Position numbers and translations under genes: made by a program
NCBI GenBank assembly: GCA_035765105.1
Contig: DASTYG010000107.1
Coordinates: 16,504-80,503 of the forward strand
DNA: 64,000 nt
From: Glycomyces sp.
GTDB taxonomy: Bacteria > Actinomycetota > Actinomycetes > Mycobacteriales > Micromonosporaceae
Direction: 5' to 3'
The notes under the pieces: generated by a model
Told to the model about the DNA's origin: nothing
The model's input: only the letters and a program-made list of their open reading frames with translations
Databases searched by the model: none
Shown here: piece by piece, positions 57,101 to 63,793 of the stretch
Layout of the letters: every line of letters starts with the position of its first letter
How positions within the stretch are numbered: the first letter of the stretch is position 1

Positions 57101-57291
57101 TGGCCGGACTCGCCGAACTCGAACTCCAGCAGGCCCGCCGCGACGAGGGCCACTGGAACGAGCGCCTGGAGCAGATCGACGCCGAACGCGACCGCGAACT
57201 GGCCGCGGCCGCCGCCCGCTACGCAGGCCCCGAGGGGCACCGCACCCCACTCGCGATCGTCTGCGTCGTACCGGAAAGGGACAACCGTTGA
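54169..57291 (+). CDS. SNF2-family (SF2) helicase/ATPase, DrmD-like, with a long C-terminal extension
   Basis: GGGAGG RBS before ATG 54169. Motifs LLADDVGLGKT (I), LILDEAHH (II), LSATPHNG (III), TDAAGEGIDLQ (V) and QRAGRIDRYGQ (VI). About 400 aa of helical/coiled-coil tail follow motif VI. Confidence 0.9.
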   Translation: MSVEQTTDRVGVPSVGDRVEVRDSRWIVADVDASGTDTVVELGSLADDAFGETLRLVWELEPGRRLLPASGLPEVRQGAFDKPGQLAAFLDAMRWSALTSADTRSLQAPFRSGADIKLYQLEPVWRSLSAPRVNQLLADDVGLGKTVEAGLVASELILRHRAERVMIVCPAGLTTKWQSEMFDLFGLRFTIVNAQTYTDLRRERGNGANPFEVYRHTIVSLPWLRGPKAERLLFGELLRGAEDAARPFFDLLILDEAHHIAPAAPKQRYAVDSQQTRTMRALARHFTHRLFLSATPHNGYPESFTALLEILDPARFARGVPPSPAAQEEVVIRRLKSSIIGSDGRPEFPRRVVRDLPLDYSDGELAVHRLFSEFTEARRTRRAKGRRGRAAADLVTLLLKKRLLSSPQAFANTYAAYAGARPASPAAASDAVPGFFDDFLDETAVLDDEELYEYEEDGLRRSAGYEERLDPAEHALLAQVDDWARQHLAVPDTKAAALLGFLTATCKAGGKWGPDRVVVFTEYRDTLHWLHELLASQGFGGDRVALLHGGMDVDDREQIRLAFQADPSEHPLRVLLATDAAGEGIDLQNHCHRLVNYDIPFNPNKLEQRAGRIDRYGQRHSPEIYNFIPADTAQNSAFKGEIEFLARVAVKVSQMHSDLGSVNPVLADALQKRLTGDASVADVDALADRAAARGRKAGDVKAAANVSEQVERLGETYDNSVAELHLYPERIRRVVDTALDLAHQMPLKPSATGPAEFEVPVMTGEWVRTTEGLVTPFVPEGEEPRQRPVTFDPLVAQGRDDVVLAHLSHPLVDMSARLLRAAADSDRVDLHRVTAVVGPDTLEDVFVAAYAKYTLTGADSTRLHQEIMAVGGWLDSRTGRFRRLENLTRTAEILDAALDQGREAGPGARLRLAERWTEADRGLRAALEWRTAARSESLERLLERRVAEEQDRIRSDYEQFRASLEEAVRGRKAAEDELAGLAELELQQARRDEGHWNERLEQIDAERDRELAAAAARYAGPEGHRTPLAIVCVVPERDNR

Positions 57292-60200
57292 GCCGCCTCG
57301 CCCGCAACCCCCGCCACCGCGCCTCCAAGCCCGCCCGCACCGGAGCGGACCGCACCCGCGGACACCAGGACTGGATCGAGCTCATCGAGACCGACGGGCC
57401 GTGGCTGTCCCTCCCGGTGCTCACCGCCGCCTGGCCCGATCTCGACGCCGTCCCCGTCGAGCGGCGCCGGGCTCTGCGCGCCGCCCACGCCGAATGGATC
57501 GAGCGCCTGGACGCGGGGCGCCCCGGAGCCGAGAGCCCCGACGCGAACGCCCCTGGCTCCGGGGAGGGGGCCGACATCCCGGACGACGAGCGGCGCTCCC
57601 GGGCCTGGATCGAAAACCTCCTGGCGGACTTCCTGGACTGGACGCCTGTTCATCACCTTCGGTTCCCCGAAGGCGATGAACAATCGATCGACGGCATCGC
57701 TCCGGTCCACATCGGCCAGCACGATACGACCGTCGCCCCGAGCTTCGTCCTCCACGACGGCGACGAGCCGCGCGTCATCGGCCTGATCGTCCCGCCCGGC
57801 AACCACCCCGCCAAGCGCATGAGGGGCGAGACCTGGACCGCCAGCCCCATCGACCGGCTCCTGCGGCTGTGCACGGCCAACAAGACTGAACTGGGCATCG
57901 CCACCGACGGCCGCTTCCTCGCCCTCGTCTACGCCCCCGCAGGCGGGGCCGGGAACGGCGGTGCGAGCGCGTACGGCGTCTTCGACACCATGACCATCGC
58001 CGACGCCTCCGACCTGGTGGTCCTGCGCGCCCTGTTCAGCCTCCTGAACCGCCGCCGCTTCACCGACTACCCTCCTGAGCAGCAGCTCCCCGCGCTCTTC
58101 GCCCAGTCCGCCGAGAAGGAGGAGGAGCTCACCGAGACCCTCGGCGTCCAGGTCCGCCGCGCCGTCGAACTCTTGGTGGAGGCCATCGGCCGCGCCCACA
58201 AGGCCAAGAAGGCCCGCGACGGCCTCGGCATCACCACCGAGGCGAGCGACGGCACGCGGCAGCTCGTGGAGGCCGACGAGGTCTACCGGGGCGCGGTCAC
58301 GGTCATGATGCGCCTGGTCTTCCTCCTCTTCGCCGAGGAACGCCGCCTCCTGCCCACCGACAACCCGCTCTATGCCGAGTCCTACTCCGTGGCCGAGGCC
58401 GCCAAGCGCCTCCAGGCCCTCGCCGACGAGGACAGCGAGGCGCACCTGGAGCAGAGCCACCGGACGTGGCTGCGGCTGCTGGCCCTGTTCAACGCCGTCT
58501 ACCGTGGCGTGGACACCGCGGAACTGTCCATCCCGGCCTACGGCGGCTCCCTGTTCGACCCGGGCGCGTACCCGTGGCTCTCGGACGAGCGGACGCCGCT
58601 GGCCATCGACGACCGGACCGTCTACAACGTCCTCAAATCCATCACCACGGTGTGGATGAGCGCTGGTAGGCAGCGGACCCCGAAGTCTCTCAACGGCATC
58701 CAGTTGGCCGATCCCAAGCGCAGGCCGAGGGGCGAGTTCCGCACGCTCAACTTCGACCGGCTCGGAGTCGAGCAGATCGGCTACGTGTATGAAGGTCTGC
58801 TGGCCTGGGAGGGGCGCTGGTCGGACGAGGTCATCGTGGGGCTCATCGGCACGCAGAGCAAGGAGGCCGAGGTCCCGCTGCGGGAACTGGAGGAGATGCG
58901 CGAGTGGGCCGGAGGCGATGTGAAGGCCCTGGCCGCAGCGCTGCACCAGCGGTTCGAGAAGGACGAGAAGACCGGCATCGGCACGGCGAAGGCGATCGCC
59001 GACGCGCTGGCCGAACTCGACGCCGAGCAGCGGGAACGCGCCGAGCGGGACCTGTTGGCGGTCACCGGCAATGACCCGAAGCTGACCGAGAAGCTGCTGC
59101 CGTTTTACGGGATCATCAGGGCCGACCTGCGGGGACAGGCGACGGTGGTATTGCCCGAGACGCTGTACATGACCGAGTCGGCGCTGCGCGGGAACACCGG
59201 CGCGCACTACACGCCGAGGAAGCTCGCGGATGAAGTGGTCAAGGGCGCGCTTGAACCGTTGGTGTACGAACCGGGGCCGTTGCAGACGGCCGACGAGGAC
59301 GCGTGGCGGCTCAAGGGCAGTGAGGCGATCCTCGGGCTGAAGGTCGCCGACATCGCGATGGGCTCGGCGGCGTTCCTGGTGGCGGCGTGCCGTTTCCTGG
59401 CCGACAGGTTGTTGGAGGCATGGAAGGCCGAAGACGACCCGAGGGGAGCGGTCGCCGATACGGACGAGGAAGACGGCAACGCCGAGGACCCGAACCTGAT
59501 CGAGGCCCGCAGGCTCGTGATCGAGCATTGCCTGTACGGGGCCGACATCAACCCGGCTGCGGTCGAGATGGCCCGGTTGTCGCTGTGGCTGGTGTCCATG
59601 GACAAGGGACGACCGTTCACCTTCCTCGATGACCGGCTGGTGTGCGGAGACAGCCTGCTCGGGATTACCAGTGTTGAGCAACTGGAGTACATGCACCTGG
59701 ACCCGGCCGAGGGCCGGAAGCTGCATGAGGGAACGATCCTCGACTTCACGGCTCACGTGCGGGAACTGGTGGCGGAAGCCGCCGAGACCCGCAAGGCCAT
59801 CAACGAGATCGGCGATAAGAGCGCAGCTGACCAGGAGATGAAGCGCGAGCTGCTGGAGCGAGCGCGGGAACTGACCGAAGAGGCCGGGCGGTATGGGGAC
59901 CTGTTGGTGGGCGCTGGGCTCGCAGGAAACGCGAATGCTTGGCTGGTAGCAGCGGATCTCGGCAATGACCAGAGCGAGGAGGGACGGGAGAAGCTCGATA
60001 GGCAGGCGGCCCAATGGCTCAGGACTGACCAGCCTGCGGGGGCATTCGACCGAGAGCCAATCCACTGGCGGTTGGTCTTTCCGGAGGTCTTCGAGGTTGG
60101 GGGTTTTAACGCGATCGTCGGAAACCCGCCGTTCCTTGGTGGCAAGAAAATTAGTGGTAGTAGCGGTTCCGCTTATCGTGAGTTTCTAGTTGACTACCTT

Positions 60201-61583
60201 GGGCACAGTAAAAAAGGCAATGCTGATCTCGTTGCATACTTTCTGCTCCAAGCTGAAGAGTTGCTGGCTTATAGCGGACAACTTGGCATAATTGCAACGA
60301 ACACTCTGGCGCAAGGTGATACTCGTGAAGTAGGACTTGATCAAGTTGTAGCCGCAGGAGTTGAAATCCGCTCGGCGGTTAAGAGCGAGCGATGGCCATC
60401 GAAGAGTGCAGTCTTGGAGTATTGCGCTGTATGGACTTCAAAGGCTATTTTGGCGGAAAAGGCAGAGCGCTATCTTAATTCTGAACCAGTGGTGCAAGGT
60501 ATTAGCTCTTCTCTCGATCTACTATCTCGGGCTCAGGGCAACGCCCGGAAATTGGTAGCCAATGAAAAACAGGCGTTTCAAGGGTCGATCATCCTTGGAA
60601 ACGGATTCGCTATCGAACCCCAGCGGGCGCAGGAGTTGATTCAAAAAAATCAGCGTAATTCTGAAGTGCTTTCTCCGTACGTGAATGGACAAGATCTCAA
60701 CCAACGGGCCGATGGCTCGGCGAGTCGATGGGTTATAAATTTCCGCGATTGGGATGAAGAACAAGCTCGCTCGTATCATGAATGCTATAAGCATGTGGTG
60801 CAGCAGGTTAAGCCTGAACGCTTGGCTAAAAAAGATAAGGCGATTTCGAGCTTTCCTTGGTGGCAGTATTGGCGAGGGCGTAAGCAGCTATATGATTCAA
60901 TCTCAGGATTGAATCGGGTGATTGTGATTGCCCTGGTTAGTAAGGTAGTCATGCCTGTCATGGTGTCGGCAAGGCAGATCTTCTCTAATACGGTCGGGAC
61001 ATTCGTCTCTGATGATCATGCCCTCATGGCATATCTCTCGAGTGCTTTGCACTATTGGTGGGCGATTCAGCGGGGCTCAACCATGAAGGGAGACCTTCGG
61101 TATACGCCAACGGATGTGTTTGAGACACTTCCTCGTCCTGAGCTTTCCGAAGAGCTCCGTGGGCTAGGGTCACGACTGGATTCTGAGCGGCGGGAGCTGA
61201 TGCTTGCTCGTCAAGCCGGGCTCACTGACACCTACAACATGGTTCATGATCCGGCCAACTCTGATGCGGACATCGTGAACCTTCGGGAGATTCACCGGCT
61301 CATCGACATTGAGGTGTGTCGTTGCTATGGCTGGGATGACCTGATTCCCGAGCTGGCTCACGATCACTATGACACCCGCCAGGGCATGCGTTACACGATC
61401 GCTCCTGGTCCGCGCCAGGAGATCCTTGACCGGCTGCTCGAAGAGAACCAGCGTCGTTACGCCATCGAGGTCGAGCAAGGGCTTCACTCCAAGAAGAAGG
61501 CTGCCAAGAAGGCAACCCGCAAGGCGGCCAAGGCAAAGCCCGCGATGCCCGGTCAGGATTCGCTGTTCCCAACCGATGAGTAA
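57288..61583 (+). CDS. Very large gamma-class N6-adenine DNA methyltransferase of the Eco57I/MmeI/PglX/DrmMI type with a C-terminal putative target-recognition region
   Basis: Motifs YGGSLFDP, EQIGYVYEGLL, HYTPRKLADEVV, ADIAMGSAAFLVAA (SAM), GADINPAAVEMARLSLWL and GNPPFLGG (NPPF at 60123-60134). The start is uncertain: TTG 57288 (after GAAAGGGA, overlapping the helicase TGA) is the first plausible start. The track ATG at 56463 would overlap the helicase by 828 nt. Confidence 0.85.
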   Translation: MSRLARNPRHRASKPARTGADRTRGHQDWIELIETDGPWLSLPVLTAAWPDLDAVPVERRRALRAAHAEWIERLDAGRPGAESPDANAPGSGEGADIPDDERRSRAWIENLLADFLDWTPVHHLRFPEGDEQSIDGIAPVHIGQHDTTVAPSFVLHDGDEPRVIGLIVPPGNHPAKRMRGETWTASPIDRLLRLCTANKTELGIATDGRFLALVYAPAGGAGNGGASAYGVFDTMTIADASDLVVLRALFSLLNRRRFTDYPPEQQLPALFAQSAEKEEELTETLGVQVRRAVELLVEAIGRAHKAKKARDGLGITTEASDGTRQLVEADEVYRGAVTVMMRLVFLLFAEERRLLPTDNPLYAESYSVAEAAKRLQALADEDSEAHLEQSHRTWLRLLALFNAVYRGVDTAELSIPAYGGSLFDPGAYPWLSDERTPLAIDDRTVYNVLKSITTVWMSAGRQRTPKSLNGIQLADPKRRPRGEFRTLNFDRLGVEQIGYVYEGLLAWEGRWSDEVIVGLIGTQSKEAEVPLRELEEMREWAGGDVKALAAALHQRFEKDEKTGIGTAKAIADALAELDAEQRERAERDLLAVTGNDPKLTEKLLPFYGIIRADLRGQATVVLPETLYMTESALRGNTGAHYTPRKLADEVVKGALEPLVYEPGPLQTADEDAWRLKGSEAILGLKVADIAMGSAAFLVAACRFLADRLLEAWKAEDDPRGAVADTDEEDGNAEDPNLIEARRLVIEHCLYGADINPAAVEMARLSLWLVSMDKGRPFTFLDDRLVCGDSLLGITSVEQLEYMHLDPAEGRKLHEGTILDFTAHVRELVAEAAETRKAINEIGDKSAADQEMKRELLERARELTEEAGRYGDLLVGAGLAGNANAWLVAADLGNDQSEEGREKLDRQAAQWLRTDQPAGAFDREPIHWRLVFPEVFEVGGFNAIVGNPPFLGGKKISGSSGSAYREFLVDYLGHSKKGNADLVAYFLLQAEELLAYSGQLGIIATNTLAQGDTREVGLDQVVAAGVEIRSAVKSERWPSKSAVLEYCAVWTSKAILAEKAERYLNSEPVVQGISSSLDLLSRAQGNARKLVANEKQAFQGSIILGNGFAIEPQRAQELIQKNQRNSEVLSPYVNGQDLNQRADGSASRWVINFRDWDEEQARSYHECYKHVVQQVKPERLAKKDKAISSFPWWQYWRGRKQLYDSISGLNRVIVIALVSKVVMPVMVSARQIFSNTVGTFVSDDHALMAYLSSALHYWWAIQRGSTMKGDLRYTPTDVFETLPRPELSEELRGLGSRLDSERRELMLARQAGLTDTYNMVHDPANSDADIVNLREIHRLIDIEVCRCYGWDDLIPELAHDHYDTRQGMRYTIAPGPRQEILDRLLEENQRRYAIEVEQGLHSKKKAAKKATRKAAKAKPAMPGQDSLFPTDE

Positions 61584-61723
61584 TTCATGTTTCTGGCATC
61601 ATCCGTCAGGTGTCAAATAGCTGACAGAAAACGGGCTGTGTAGGCGTGAGACACCCCCTGAGCTGGCCAAAGTGCCGATCAGAGGGTTGAATTTGGTGTA
61701 GCTGTGCTGTCACCATTCGTGTC

Positions 61724-62545
61724 ATGAGCGCGAAGGCATTCCTCACCATCATCCAAATCGCACGGCTCCTCGTCCAGTACCGCAAGCGGGCCAAGCTGAC
61801 CCACAAGGCGGTCGCTGACAAGGTGCAGATGAGCACCTCGAAGATTCGCGATCTTGAACACGCTCGGTCTCCGCAAGTCAAGTGGGCAGACATGCTCGCG
61901 TTCGCCCGCGTCTACGGGCTCGATCCCGATGAGACCGAGAACCTCGTTCGGCTCGCCGAGGCCTCCGAGACCCCGGACCTCTTCCACTCCTTCAAGATCC
62001 CTTCGGTGTTCTTCACCTTCCTCCAGATGGAGCTGACCGCCTCCAAGATCATGATCTGCGAGTCCGAGCTGATCACCGGCCTGTTCCAGACCGAGGCGTA
62101 CATGGACGCCATCACGGACGACGATGCGCCCGACAGGAAGGGACCGGCAGGGGCCGCTGGGTTCCGGCTCGACCGACAGACCAACTTCATGGAGCGGGAC
62201 TGGCTGCCCGAGGTCGTCTACCTGACTTCGGAGGCAGCCCTGCGCCACCAGATCGGGGGACCGGAGGTGATGGCCGAGCAGCTGGAACACCTCAAGGAAC
62301 TTGACCGAGATTTCTCGCTGTTCAATTTCCTGGTGGTGCCTTACGCTGCGGGGACGTACCACTCGCTTGGGAGCTCGTACGAGATCTTCGAGTTCGAGGG
62401 CGGGGAGTTCCCCAAGACGGTCTACCTAGAATCGTTTGAAGGGGCTCGTTACCTGGAGGTACCGGAGACGATCGCCTCGTTCCAGAACGCCTTCGATGAG
62501 TCTGTCAAGAAGGCCATACCGATTAAGGATTTCCAACTGTTATGA
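61724..62545 (+). CDS. XRE-family HTH regulator with DUF5753 domain (WhiJ/AbaA-paralog, Scr1-type)
   Basis: HTH LRKRAKLTHKAVADKVQMSTSKIRDLEH followed by a DUF5753-like region (FLQMELTASKI..., ...VYLESFEGARYLE). The final Leu is a TTA codon overlapping the next gene's ATG. Confidence 0.8.
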   Translation: MSAKAFLTIIQIARLLVQYRKRAKLTHKAVADKVQMSTSKIRDLEHARSPQVKWADMLAFARVYGLDPDETENLVRLAEASETPDLFHSFKIPSVFFTFLQMELTASKIMICESELITGLFQTEAYMDAITDDDAPDRKGPAGAAGFRLDRQTNFMERDWLPEVVYLTSEAALRHQIGGPEVMAEQLEHLKELDRDFSLFNFLVVPYAAGTYHSLGSSYEIFEFEGGEFPKTVYLESFEGARYLEVPETIASFQNAFDESVKKAIPIKDFQLL

Positions 62546-62730
62546 GCACAACGAAGTGGCGCAAGTCCAGCCGTTCCGGCAACGGCCAGGCAGGCAGCAA
62601 CTGCGTTGAGGCCCGCGCCGCCGGGCCCGGGTTCGAGGTTCGCGACTCCAAGCTCTCCGAGGATTCCCCGATCTTCGGCCTCGCGCAGGACGACTTCGTC
62701 GCCCTGCTGGAGAACGCGAAGCGTCGCTAG
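62542..62730 (+). CDS. DUF397 domain protein
   Basis: WRKSSRSGNGQAGSNCVEA...FEVRDSK is the DUF397 signature. ATGA-type overlap with the upstream HTH gene, which is the classic pairing. Confidence 0.85.
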   Translation: MSTTKWRKSSRSGNGQAGSNCVEARAAGPGFEVRDSKLSEDSPIFGLAQDDFVALLENAKRR

Positions 62731-62948
62731 CAGGCGTCGAACCTCCCGGTCCGACACCTACCGGTGCTGACACCCGACCAGGTGCCACCAGGCCAGGCAT
62801 TCAACACGGCAGCGAACGGCAGAGCCGCAAGCGCCGACCAACCGAATCACATCGATCGCGACCGGTCGAGGCCCGCACCAGCGGACCTCGACCGTTCCAG
62901 TCCGAGTCGTCCGCTCCTCGCACGCTCGCCTGCCGCCTGAGTCTTGCA

Positions 62949-63788
62949 GTGGCACGGCATCTTCTGAAGCTGGACAGACTGAGCCTGCGGCCGTACGGTA
63001 CCGATGTGTCAATCGATGACTTCGCTTCGGCGATCAGCGCCGCCGTGAATCAGACCGATCAGCTCGCCGCCGCCATCGGCTTGGCAAAATCGGCGGGCGA
63101 TGACCTCAGTGGCCGGTTCGCGGGGCTCGGCGCCGATGGGAAGGCCGGTCAAGTCACCGCGGTGACGCAACGGCTCGAAGCCGAGGCCGCCGTTCAAGCC
63201 GCCCAACTGCAATCGACGCTGGAAGCACTTCGCGCCCAGGCCGAGGCTTTGCGAGGCAGCGGTTTACAAGGCGCACCGGGGAGTACCTCCGGCGCTCGCC
63301 CGGCTTCGCCGCCGCTGTCCAAGACAAGGCCATCACTGCCCCCTGACCAGAGCCGCGCCCCCGGCGGATCGCCGACGTTCATATCACCGGGGTCCTCCGG
63401 TGAGGGCCAGGAGAACCACCAAGCCGAGAACGATGCCGCGGTGGTGCTGGCACGTCATGGATATCCCGTTGAGCAAAACCCTCCGACCCGGACGAACGGA
63501 AAGAACCCCGATTATCGGATCGAAGGCAACTATTGGGACTGCTACGCGATCCGCACGGACAACATCGAGCAAGTTCGCAAAGCGATCAGGAGAAAAGTCA
63601 AACCCAAGGACGGCAACGTGCAAGCCGAGCGCATCGTCTTGAGCTTCGATGCCAGCGCCCCAGGAGGGCCGTCCACTATCACTCCGGAAGAGATCGAATC
63701 GCTGTTGCAGCGCAAGCCCGTGACCGGACTCAAAGAGGTTAAGGTGGTCAAGGACGGTCGAGTCCATGACCTGGAGCTGGGAGGCTGA
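62949..63788 (+). CDS. Toxin candidate: helical N-terminal region, Pro/Ser linker, and C-terminal small PD-(D/E)xK-like nuclease domain (CdiA-CT tRNase-like)
   Basis: The C-terminus AENDAAVVLARHGYPVEQNP...GKNPDYRIEGNYWDCYAIRT...RKAIRRKV...ERIVLSF carries an E...PD...D...K order. The GTG start is uncertain (GTG 63006 is an alternative). Confidence 0.55.
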   Translation: MARHLLKLDRLSLRPYGTDVSIDDFASAISAAVNQTDQLAAAIGLAKSAGDDLSGRFAGLGADGKAGQVTAVTQRLEAEAAVQAAQLQSTLEALRAQAEALRGSGLQGAPGSTSGARPASPPLSKTRPSLPPDQSRAPGGSPTFISPGSSGEGQENHQAENDAAVVLARHGYPVEQNPPTRTNGKNPDYRIEGNYWDCYAIRTDNIEQVRKAIRRKVKPKDGNVQAERIVLSFDASAPGGPSTITPEEIESLLQRKPVTGLKEVKVVKDGRVHDLELGG

Positions 63789-63793
63789 GCAGG

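Noticed and set aside
56463-57287. ATG 56463 as the methyltransferase start, as listed in the ORF track.
   Set aside because: It would overlap the helicase coding region by 828 nt, and the extra peptide is Arg/Pro/Gly-rich nonsense. TTG 57288, with an SD and a stop-start overlap, is more plausible.
52295-61583. Interpretation as a Streptomyces Pgl/BREX type 2 system (PglW kinase plus PglX methylase).
   Set aside because: The kinase here is a 544-aa membrane receptor-type Hanks kinase on the opposite strand, not the ~1600-aa cytoplasmic PglW. No PglY (ATPase) or PglZ (alkaline phosphatase) is present in the window.
61606-61627. Short inverted repeats (GTCAG...CTGAC and TGTCA...TGACA) just after the methyltransferase stop, considered as a terminator or operator.
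   Set aside because: The arms are only 5 bp with no T-tract, which is too weak to distinguish from chance.
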